Shown in pieces: positions 12,120 to 23,097 of a DNA stretch of 64,000 bases. Source of the stretch: Octopus sinensis (taxonomy: Eukaryota); contig NC_043003.1 of the NCBI RefSeq assembly GCF_006345805.1, forward strand, positions 59,210,001 to 59,274,000. Reading direction: 5' to 3'. Positions within the stretch are counted from its first letter, which is position 1. Each line of letters starts with the position of its first letter. The translations under genes were made by a program, and so were the position numbers. The notes below the pieces were generated by a model, which saw only the letters and a program-made list of their open reading frames with translations, did no database searches and was not told the DNA's origin.

Positions 12120-12525
12120 TATGTTTGACTTTTGCTTTACATTTATACAAGTTGACTCCAAATCTCAGCCAGAGACCTCAAGAGACAACAAGTTGGAAGT
12201 TCATGTTGGTATTATGCCTAGTGTGCCATGTATTTGGTTTTGTACGTAATGTTCCAGAGAATGTTTAAGAAACCATAAGAAAATTATGTCTGTTTTAAAA
12301 CTTGAGAATACATAAAAAGTATTTTGCGTAGGATATGAGCAGTTCCCATGATCACTATCTTTTGAATTTCAGCTATTTTGGTGTTTTCTAGTATCTGAGC
12401 TAGGTAGCAATCAGCCGCTTTTGCTATCATTCCCAAAGGCACCTATGACAACAGGTATTGTTTTAGTCTTCAGGTTCCATATTTTGCTAATTTCTATTTC
12501 AAGATCTTTATATTTGCTCAGTTGC
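12120..12525 (-). mobile_element. R4/Dong-like LINE 3' end
   Basis: LSKYKDLEIEISKIWNLKTKTIPVVIGAF...IQKIVIMGTAHILRKIL, then 3' UTR and (AAT)n tail. Confidence 0.85.
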
Positions 12526-12611
12526 TGTTGTTGTTGTTATTATTATTATTAATATTATTGTTATTGTTGTTGTTGTTGTTGTTGTTGTTGCTGTTGTTGT
12601 TATTATTATTC

Positions 12612-13785
12612 CTTCGTAACATATTATTCCTTCATACAAATGCACTGGAGGTTTTTATCATGTGTCAAGTCACAACAAGGATTTCAGACAGATAATAATT
12701 TCCTTAAGATATGCGCTGTGCCCAATAAGGCTGCTTTTTGCAAGACATCAATCTTGCATGAGGTTTTCTGTTGCCTTAACAAGTATTGAAGTTTCAATAG
12801 GATTGAACCCAATACTCCAATCACAAGTTGTATCCTTTTTACATTACCTTTTCGTATTCCATACAGTCTTGACATTTCCACTTTCAATTCGGAGTACTTG
12901 GTGATTTTTTAACCTCTTTACTCACAATATTCACGTCATTTAGTATAGATATATCAATGACCTGAGAGTATTTTTCTCTCAATATGACAATATCCAGCCG
13001 ACGGTGTTCGATTACACGATCTGTCTGAAAATCATAGTCCTATCTTTTCCATCATCCCGTATAACTTTACTTGGTACATGCTCATACCAGTTCTCTGTTA
13101 CTTCGTATTGGTATTTACTGCATAAGACCCAATGAAGATGCACACACACTTTATCGTGGCGTCGTTTGTGATCTTTTTGTGCAAGGCTCTCACATCCACT
13201 GACCAAGTGGGTCACATTTCCTACAATCTTTCCACTGAGTCTGCATTTGTGGGTGTCAGAAATTTCATAGAGGTTATACTACACTGAATTGGTAGCGAGA
13301 GCCTGGTCTTGTGCAGCAATGATCAGACTTTCGGTAGCATGCTCCAAATCACCTCGCCCAAGCCATGCCCACGATGCTGTATTATGCTTAACGTCTTGTA
13401 TAATCCTTTTAAACTTTCCGTGCATTCTCATTTCAAGAAGGTCTTCTTTTCTACTCCCCTCAGCTCTTTAGTTAACTTGTGCCTTGCCCATCATTTCATC
13501 TGCATTTACACCCATATCTTTTGCGGCATATTGCAGCAGATCTCCATCACTATTTATCAAATACTCAGCAAGCGTTCACCTTTCAGTCTTTATACAATGC
13601 TCTATACTAATTATTCCTCTGCCACCATTCTTTCTTTTCATATACTGTCTGTTTACGTTTGCTTTAGAATGTAGTGCCCCATGCAGAGTCATCAACGCTC
13701 TCGTCCTTCTATCCGGTGTTGATATTTCCTCCTTAGTCCACCTGAGAATGGACGCACTATATCTGACCACTGCATCTGCTTAGAT
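12612..13785 (-). mobile_element. R4/Dong-like LINE 3' fragment (RT thumb to RLE)
   Basis: ORFs 13576-13770 (LHGALHSKANVNRQYMKRKNGGRGIISIE), 13012-13215 (HLVSGCESLAQKDHKRRHDKV) and 12684-12887 (LQKAALLGTAHILRKLL); bounded by ATT/GTT repeats on both sides. Confidence 0.88.
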
Positions 13786-13791
13786 ATTCAG

Positions 13792-13845
<54 letters not shown>

Positions 13846-13994
13846 ATTTATTTTTATTATTATCAAATTCCCCTGAGATCGACTTTCGAGGTCGATAAGA
13901 TAAGTACCAGTTGAATACTAGACTCGATGTAATCGACTTAAGCCCCCCCCCCAAAAAAAATGGCTGCCTTTGTGGCAAAATTTGAAACCATTAT

Positions 13995-14048
<54 letters not shown>

Positions 14049-14220
14049 TATTATTATTATTATTATTAAGGTCACTGCCTGGAATCAAATTCGAAATCTT
14101 GGGATTGGTAGCCCGCGTTCTTAACCACTATGATATATATTCCGGAACATTTCGTACATAAACAAGAGGACAAAGAACACACAGTATATAGACCAATTAA
14201 ACTAGACATACAATCCTTTC

Positions 14221-14422
14221 TACTATAGGCACAAGGCCTGAAATTTGGGGGAGGGGGGATAATCGATTACATCGACTCCAGTGCGTAACTGGTACTTAAT
14301 TTGTCGACCCCGAAGAGAGGAAAGGCATAGTCGACCTCGGTGGAATTTAAACTCAGAACTTAGCGACGGGTGAAATACCGCTAAGCATTTCGTCTAGCGG
14401 GCTAACAATTCTGCTAGCTCGA
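14221..14422 (-). mobile_element. tRNA-derived SINE family A
   Basis: Reverse complement of the family A consensus seen at 16833 and 34664. Confidence 0.8.
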
Positions 14423-15263
14423 GACAAATAATAATAAATATTAAATGCAGCACATTTCATTTTAAGTAGAAAAACAGATATACTCGGTAATAAAACTTCG
14501 AAAATTAATAAAGGCGAATTTTTATCTATGAGCTTGAGGAGCTCGAGGTACGAAAACGAAAACGGCACACAACCAGAGACGGTGTTCTGTCATTTCCCAA
14601 CGAAAAACAAAACCAAAAAAGAACGGTGGACAGATGATGACTATATCGAAATGCTATATGCATTCTACATTGCAAAACTATACCCGGGAAACAGAGAAAC
14701 AAGAGAAACATACTAAGTATAGAGAAGAAAAATAGTGATAGAAAGGGAAATGTCTCGGACAATACTCTTGCGAGTGTTCGGCAACATATATCCTGCGAGA
14801 GGAAAAAGCGCCCCAGATTGAAATAGACAAACTAATAAACAAAATACATACGGAAAATAAAACAAAACATTTTATAACTCAAAACAATGGGTCGCAATGA
14901 GACAAAAAACAGCACATCAGGCATTATGTTTCTCAAAACGCATGTGACACCACAAAAGAAAGAAAGGATCATAACAGAGATAGCACTGCAATCAGGCTAA
15001 ACCAGAGTAAAATCTCTACACAGCTACCAAATTCAGAAATGAATAGAACAGCACAGCAAATCAGCAATACACATAGACAGCCAAATACTGAAGAACAAAA
15101 CAACAAACAAACAAAATAACACACACCATAACTGACCAACTATAACTGAAGACAGAGACGAACCGATTGAAGAAATAACAAAAGTAGAACTAAACATCAC
15201 ATAGTCGATAAATATGGACCAGCGTAAACATTTCGCCAGGCTACAGCTCTATGAAGGGATAAA

Positions 15264-15828
15264 TATTGTGTTGTCCGGAAAGTTCGTGCCGATTTATAGT
15301 AGCTTAAATTTCGACTTTTTTTAGAACATGTGTCCATAAAATAGGATTTGACTACACATCCATTTAGAACACTGTTTAAGCTATCTTTTCGTGGGAGAAG
15401 GTTTATGTGCCTATAACCTGTGTTAATTCTGTAACCCTTTAAAGTGGAAGATAAGAAAGTTTATTTTCGGTACTTGATGCTTTGGGAACCAGACAAAAAT
15501 GCTGCAGCTCGGTTGGGATGTGTTACCCTACACTCCATATTCACCAGATATTGCTCCTTCGGATTTCTACTTATTCAGGTCTCTGCAGAATAGTCTTAAT
15601 GGTAAAAATTTCAATTCCTTGCATTACGTAAAAAGATACCTTGATGAATTCTTTGCCATGAAACCACCTCAATTCTGGGAAGAGGGTATTTTCAAGTTAA
15701 AGGAAAGATGGAGATGCATTGTGCAACAAAATGGTTCATATTTGCTTGATTAAAAATGTAATGGCAAGTATTTATTGACCCTTTTCTTTCCTTTAAAAAT
15801 GGGCACGAACTTTCCGGACAACTCAATA
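15264..15828 (+). mobile_element. Non-autonomous mariner, second copy of the 3618-4188 family, nested in the LINE
   Basis: Same TIRs and same internal deletion junction; ORF 15499-15753 LQLGWDVLPYTPYSPDIAPSDFYLFRSL. Confidence 0.92.
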
Positions 15829-16832
15829 GCTACAATAGAGCCTTACAAGTAATAATGACCATATCAAAAGATACACTAGATATCAACAAACTAAATGACT
15901 TGATTTACTCAACAGCTGTGGTGATATCTAGGGAAACTGGACTTGACCATTACAAGAAAGAAAAAAATCCCAGCTAAATCTCAAGCCCCCAAATGGAAAC
16001 ATCATAATGAATAAAATTCAAAAACAAAAGGAAAACTTATCACTACTTTGTGAATAAGAGGAAACGGGATCAAATATGAAAAATAAATAAAAGGCCATAT
16101 CATAAAACAATACAACATAAAAAAATAAAGAAGATACCTGTGAGGTAGAAGAAAAAAATAAACGGCAGAGCAGCAAAAACATGCGGCATAAAACGGTATG
16201 GAAAACAAAATAAAGAATTCATTATAAACAGAAAAAGTTTTTATAGAAAGTTAAAGAAAAAAACTATCAATAGATACCGTGCCAACAACATCAGCGATTC
16301 AGTCATACTAGGAAGCAATATGAGTCAACTCCACCCCCACAAAAAAAACCTCAACAAAAATGCTCGGTGGATTAGTAAGGAAGGGAAACGGAATGACACA
16401 ATGGAACAACAGATATGGTCCATCATCACAGGTCAAGAGATCAAGGACACACTGAGGAGTACCAGCAACTGGAAAACTCCAGGGAAAGACAAGGTCTCCA
16501 ACCCCGGTTGAAATACCTCATCGGTACCCATAATCACTCAATGGCAGCGTTCAGTTTATTGATCAGTGAGTTAGAGTCAACACCAAAGTGGATACTGAAA
16601 GGGCAAGTGATCCTAATTCTCTAAAACAAAGTCATCGTACATCCACAAAAATACAGACAAATAACATGCCTATCAACATCCTACAAAACTCTTACACCAG
16701 TCATCTATAACCGGCGTATAAAGCACTTGGAAAACAACAATGTCTCACAAGAAGAACAAAAAGAGTACCGGAGAGGGATGTATGGCTGTAAGTAGCAACT
16801 TCTGGTAACCCTAGCAATTATAGAGGACTGTA

Positions 16833-17064
16833 GGGCGGCGAGCTGGGGGAATCGTTAGCACGCCGGGCGAAATGCTTAGCGGTTTTTCGTCCGCTGTTAC
16901 GTTCTGAGTTCAAATGCCGCCGAGGTCGACTTTGCCTTTCATCATTTCGGGGTCGATTAAATAAGTACCAGTTACGCACTGGGGTCGATGTAATCGACTT
17001 AATCCATTTGTCTGTCCTTGTTTGTTCTTTCTATGTTTCGCCCCGTGTGGGCAATAAAGAAATA
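16833..17064 (+). mobile_element. tRNA-derived SINE family A with target-site duplication
   Basis: ggcggcgagctgg...gagttcaaat... flanked by tatagaggactgta (16819-16832) and tatacaggactgta (17065-17078); interrupts LINE RT coding sequence. Confidence 0.88.
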
Positions 17065-17435
17065 TATACAGGACTGTATGAGGAGAAAGACAAACCTGAA
17101 CATGACTTGGATTGATTACCAGAATTCAATCGACAGTGTTCCACACTCATGGATATTGGAATCTTTCCACATAAATACGGTAGCCTCACCACTACTAGTA
17201 TATATTAAACATGCAATGACAAACTGGAAAACCAGTACAAGATTAAGAAATGACACACGATTTATTAAAACCTACCTTATACCCCTAAGAAGAGGAATTT
17301 TCCAGGGAGACTCCCTGTAACCCATGCTTTTCTGCCTTTTACTGACCCCGCTAAACGAAGCCACCATGGATTATAAGTTCTACGGACAAACAAATAAATC
17401 ATCTGTACATTTCGCTAAAAGTACCATTATTATTA

Positions 17436-17510
<75 letters not shown>

Positions 17511-18732
17511 TATTATTATTATTATTATTACTATCAGCTCCATTATTGTAGTTGATGTTGTTACTAATATTAATAGACTTTGTGTCTATCTTAGAAACGA
17601 TTCGTATCGTCTTTATCCGCTTACTCGCCCTCAAAGCTATTATTATTATGATTACGAATATTATAAATTCTTTTCTTATAAATTTTTAAAACTCTGTTGT
17701 AATAACTAAAAATTGCTTTCGTATGTAGTTAAAAGTGTTAGAGAATGACTCAGTATTGTACAGAACTACAGTTTTTTCTTTGCTTCCTCTTTCATAGTTG
17801 ACATTTTGACATCGAAATGTTGTGTTTTGTTTAGATAGAAAACAAGTTAGAGATCCTGTTCATATAAAATGCCAGCTGGCATCTGGGGGGAAAAAATAAA
17901 GGGAAAAAAAATAACAATTTAATAGGAAAAACAAAACAAAAAAAATCCCCTATCAATGTTAGAAGCACGGAGAATGGAAAGTGAGTGAGAGAGATAGAGA
18001 TACAGATGGAATAAGGGAAAGCCAGGGTTTGAGAAAATAAAGGAGAAAGAAAGAGAATTAGAAGATTGCGATGAGCAATATCATTGTTAACGTAATAGAA
18101 GGTAACATTGGTGGCTTCTGTTTGCTAATTGTTTTCCAATCTTATTTACTTTATTTAAAGTGCAAAGCAACCTTAGAATATTTCTCAACCTCTCAGCAGA
18201 GGAGGTGTTGTGCAATAAACTAAGATGTCACGTTGTCACATGACAAGCTGTACGACGTATATATATGTATATATGTGTGCGTGTGTGTGTGTGTATGTGT
18301 GTGTACGTGTGTGTGTGTGCGTGTGCGGATATGTGAGCATGTTAGTATGCGCGTGTGAATGTGTATATCCGTGTATGTAAATGCATCATACATGCAGATA
18401 TATATGTGTGTGTGTGTGCACGTGTGTGTGTGAGTATATTATATATATATATATAAACTTGTGTATTTTTGTTGAAAAGAATTTCTTCAATCGGATTTTC
18501 TGGATTTCCAGTCACATGCACACTACAGTAAAGTTTTTAATAGATTTGTATGTGGGCTGATAACCAACTCCGTAAGAGGAGCCTTCTGTGCTAGCCTCAC
18601 AATTCTCTGAATCCAGAACATATGCTTGCACATACACATACACATACACACACTCTCATACACACACACACACACACATACACACACACGCACACACACA
18701 CATACACACACTTTTAGACATGCATACATAGC

Positions 18733-19235
18733 AGTAGCTGTGTGGTAAGTAGCTTGCTTCCCAACTCATGGTTCCGGTTTCAGTCCTACTGCGTAGCACC
18801 TTGGGTGTCTTCTACTATAGCCTCGGGCCGATGAAAGCATTGTAATGGATTTGGTAGACGGAAACTGAAAGAAGCCCGTCATACATATATATATAGATAT
18901 ACATACATACATATATACATATATTTGTATATATATGTATATATATATACATATATATGTATATATATATATACACACACATATATATATATGTATGTAT
19001 GTATATATATATGTATATGTATATATATGCATATGTTTGTGTTTTTGTTTGTCCCTCCACCATCGCTTGACAACCGATGCTGGTGTGTTTACGTTCCCGT
19101 ATCTTAGCGGTTCGGCAAAAGATACCAATAGAGAAAGTACCAGGCTTACAAAAATTAAGTCCTGGGGTCAATTTGTTTGAATAAAAGCGGTGCTCCAGCA
19201 TGGCCTCAGTCAACAGACAGAAACAAATAAAAAAT
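18733..19235 (+). mobile_element. tRNA-derived SINE family B with internal (TA/CA) microsatellite
   Basis: Head agtagctgtgtggtaag...ggttccggtttcagtcc...ggaaactgaaagaagcccgtc, then microsatellite, then tail ...gcggtgctccagcatggcc...gaaac. Confidence 0.85.
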
Positions 19236-19249
19236 AAATATATATGTGT

Positions 19250-19287
<38 letters not shown>

Positions 19288-19410
19288 TGTGTAGATTGTT
19301 TGTAGTGGTGTACGGATTTTGTATATTAGGGAAAAAGAGGTAGACAAGATTTCAGATAAAAATAATTTATTTAGCGCATTCATCTCTGATGAAAGCGTTT
19401 TTTGCTCGTT

Positions 19411-19467
19411 TATTACTGTTCTTATTTAATCTGTGTCCAGACCAAGAATGAAATAAGAACAGTAATA
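19411..19467. repeat. Perfect 17-bp inverted repeat, 23-nt loop
   Basis: tattactgttcttattt (19411-19427) and aaataagaacagtaata (19451-19467). Confidence 0.85.
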
Positions 19468-19574
19468 GATACGTGAAGAACGAACAAATAGTTTTTTTTA
19501 GGAAAAAAAACATGACCCGCCCGAAATATAACAACATATATATATATATATAATATATATATATATATACAATA

Positions 19575-19624
<50 letters not shown>

Positions 19625-19757
19625 TTTTGTGAATTTGTTTTGCAAGATTCTTTATGTGAGCTCGTGTGTTGAAGCATATTCCGTTGTGTCTGGGGAGAGT
19701 CATTTTCTTTTTGTGCCTTAAATTTAACATACTCACCGGTAAAATTTCCACTTATTT

Positions 19758-19819
<62 letters not shown>

Positions 19820-20253
19820 TACAAAATATAAATTTATATCTTGAGTTGAGTGACAACAAAATTACAACGGACTGGAAATAGAAGTGCTCTAATGAGCTGT
19901 ATACACTTTTTTATCCGAGGGGAGGCAATGCGAACAACAACCACAGGAACATCAAAAAATCCACAAAATGACCAAACACATGCGAATCTTCATATACTCA
20001 TTTATATCTATAAAGCCCGACATTTAAAGATTTAGTAATATATAAATATATCATATAGAAATATAAATTTTGCAATAACACCTTGAATTTACGCTTAAAA
20101 CATTTAGTATAAATTTGTTACAATAAGAGAAATAAATATAATAATAATAAATAAAAATAAGCATACAAGGCATATTAAAAGACGGATTAAAATTCTAGTG
20201 AAATGTACATAGAAGGTAATAATTATACAAGTTTACAAAAATACACAGAAGTC

Positions 20254-20338
20254 CATCTACGGGCCGTTTCGGAGACGTGCCAATTAATATTATTAGACAT
20301 ATCATATACTTAAAATTAGGACTCGCCTTATCAGGATG
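20254..20338 (-). ncRNA. Type I hammerhead ribozyme motif (core G8-to-A variant) in Penelope-like 3' repeat
   Basis: Minus strand: catc CTGATAA ggcgag...gtctcc GAAA cggccc GTA gatg; lies about 400 nt downstream of the GIY-YIG stop. Confidence 0.65.
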
Positions 20339-20743
20339 TCCTATACATACAACACATAGTAAACGTAAACAAATACACAATCACATACCGGCCATATTCA
20401 GAACCGAGACATTAGGTACTCCCAGAAATTTGTCTCCGATCCTGAATGCTACTTTATACGCATATAATTCGACCCAGCAGCCATTGCAAATGGTATGCAC
20501 GCAGCGCCATCTGGACCATTTCACTTCTGCACTTATTTTATTTTATTTTATTTTATTTCAATCTTTTAAATTCCCACATACATGTAAAGCCACATATTCG
20601 GGTTCAAGACCTTGACACATTTTATATGGATAGCTATTTCTTCTTTTAATAATTCTTTCTTTTAATAATTACATTACTTTAGTTTTATTTCATTTACTAC
20701 TTACTATGCTTACTAAATTTAATTCAATTGTTATTGCTTAGCT

Positions 20744-21268
20744 CTAACTTTTATTGCTATTTCTATTTCTAAATTTCTTATGGAACGTCGAGTGGATCCT
20801 ATGCGTACACGCTGGTATTGCATCAGTGAACTTATTTAACACTGCGTTGTTGTAATTTTTCAATATAGTATATGCTTCCCTTATGCATAAACCGCATCTA
20901 GTGGGCCCAATTCTATAAGGGGAGGCATGCGCAAGGATAGCCCATGATATTTTAAATTCAACATTCCTTTTCTTAAGGTCATTAACATGTAATGCCAAAG
21001 TTGTAGAGGTCCTATATTTAGGATTGTTGAAAGAGCTCAGGTGGGATCGGTACCTCTGCTTAAAGTCTACTGTGCTTCCAATATATATTTTTCTCTGGCC
21101 TCCTTGAGCCTCAACGCAACATTTATAAACTACATTTTCCTGACGACAATTTCCGCTAATCGGACATACTGATGGGTCCCTACAATTACATTTCTTCAAC
21201 CTGCTACGGGGTCTCGTATTACTAATCACTCCGAAACCATGCCCCCTCCCAGTACTACGATCCACCAT
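20744..21268 (-). CDS. Penelope-like-element GIY-YIG endonuclease ORF (no RT adjacent)
   Basis: CNCRDPSVC...VVYK...KIYIG...FKQRYRSH...ISW...CGLCIREAY...VLNK: GIY/YIG, Arg, His, Glu and Asn positions present; uninterrupted 174 codons. Confidence 0.85.
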   Translation of the reverse strand: MVDRSTGRGHGFGVISNTRPRSRLKKCNCRDPSVCPISGNCRQENVVYKCCVEAQGGQRKIYIGSTVDFKQRYRSHLSSFNNPKYRTSTTLALHVNDLKKRNVEFKISWAILAHASPYRIGPTRCGLCIREAYTILKNYNNAVLNKFTDAIPACTHRIHSTFHKKFRNRNSNKS

Positions 21269-22701
21269 ATCACTTACACCATCGTTCGTACTATTTTCCA
21301 GTATATTTATTCTATTGTTATTCTTACTATTACCGTCATTCTTATTTCTATTTTTATTTCTGTTTTACTAATATTTTTATTACCATTATCACTAAAATTA
21401 ACACTATTATTACCACCCTGATAATCATTATAATCACTAATATCATCACCAATATCATTATTATGATTATTTCTACTATTTGCATTATTTGTCATTCCAA
21501 GACGCCCTTCATAATCGATTTCAGAAGACATATACATATGTGTGTGAGTTAGTGTGTGTATGTGTGTGTGCGTATGAGTGCGTGTCTGTTTACGTACATA
21601 CACAAGCAGAGTGTAACAAAAAATTTGAAAGGAAGAAAGAGAGAGAGAGAGAGAGATTGAGAATGAGTAAAAGAGAGAAGAGAGAGAGAGAGAGAGAGCG
21701 ATTAACTAGACAGTAGTAGAGATATTCAAATAGAAATACGTTGGTGGTGCCGTTCTGTAACAAAGTAACAGACGACCAACACTATTGCAGCAGCATCGGT
21801 TCCGTTTTATTTCTTCTGGACCCATTATCCAATATTTCGATATGAGGAAAGTCATGACACCACCTCTCGTAGGTCGAGTGACTGGTTTGGCTCGGAGCGA
21901 CGTAGTTACCTACGAACGTTTGTCAGTCCTCATTTACATCAATATCATTTTTACAGTATTTCTCTTACTAAATACCAAATACAATATAACATAAAAAAGT
22001 GAGGAAAGCTTTTGAGTAACAGTGCAACCAGCTAAAAATAGTAACCAATAATTCCTTAAATTATCTAACAATCCGATTTTATAAAAAACGTATTAGAAAA
22101 TATTTTGTATCTTTCCACACATTTTAGATATTGGACACTGACCATTATGGGGCACCGGCATGAAGGAATTTTAGTTGGACAAATCAACTACTGTATTTCT
22201 TTCTTTCTTACCAGTAACCAAACTGCTAGCTTAGTGGGACGTATTTGGATGAGGGGGGGACTCCGCTGCATACATGCATACATACACACACACACACACA
22301 CAAACGCACACAAGCACGCACGAACCCCCCCCCACACGTCCAGCGACAGTTTACGTTTACCAAATGAACTTACCATGCATTGGTCGACTACGTGCTGTAG
22401 TAGGAGACATTTACCCAAGCTGCCGAGCTGTGGGACTAAACACGAAACCATATATCATCACATTGGTGACAATCAAATTTTGTAATCAGTCAACTATGCC
22501 TAACATAAAACAAAACGAGACAGTTTCCAAGTTACAGCTCAACGAACAAAAAATAATAAACAAAATCTGCTGTCATTCCCTTAACTTGTCCACAATAATT
22601 ATGATTACCTGCTTCAGAACCAATCTAGTTATACTGATATTTGCAAAACCAAAAATAACAGGCTTAGTCCGAAGTGTTTGTGTGTGTGTATGCATATGCC
22701 C

Positions 22702-22810
<109 letters not shown>

Positions 22811-23015
22811 GGGAGAGTTTACGAAAAACAAAAAACAAAAGATGAAAACAGGTGGTGTACAAAACAAACAGATGTATTAGTATAACACTCAGGAATAGAA
22901 AAAGTAGTTTACGTTTCGAGCCTACGTTCTTCTACAGAAAGGGACACAGAAAAAATAAGGAGAGAAACAAGGAGAGAAAAAAATCTGTGTAGTGGCTAAC
23001 GATCTATCATGGTGA
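22811..23015 (-). mobile_element. Pseudo-LTR-like fragment with degenerate minimal hammerhead; second partial copy at about 61400-61487 (+)
   Basis: Minus strand ttctgtagaagaacgtaggctcgaaacgtaaa resembles 45461-45493; the upstream flank matches 61400-61487 nearly exactly. Confidence 0.55.
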
Positions 23016-23022
23016 CCTCTGC

Positions 23023-23097
<75 letters not shown>

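Larger units (their letters stand above)
14528..17412 (+). mobile_element. R4/Dong-like LINE, 5' portion through RT, decayed, with nested mariner and SINE
   Basis: N-terminal KKERWTDDDYIEMLYAFY; RT motifs NWKTPGKDK, KYRQITCLSTSYK, WIDYQNSIDSVPHSWI and RRGIFQGDSL; ends at the YMDD motif, which is deleted. Confidence 0.8.

Noticed and set aside
20340-20743. SECIS element / selenoprotein-type Penelope-like element
   Set aside because: No in-frame TGA in the ORF, and the hairpin at about 20400-20460 lacks the AUGA/GA quartet.
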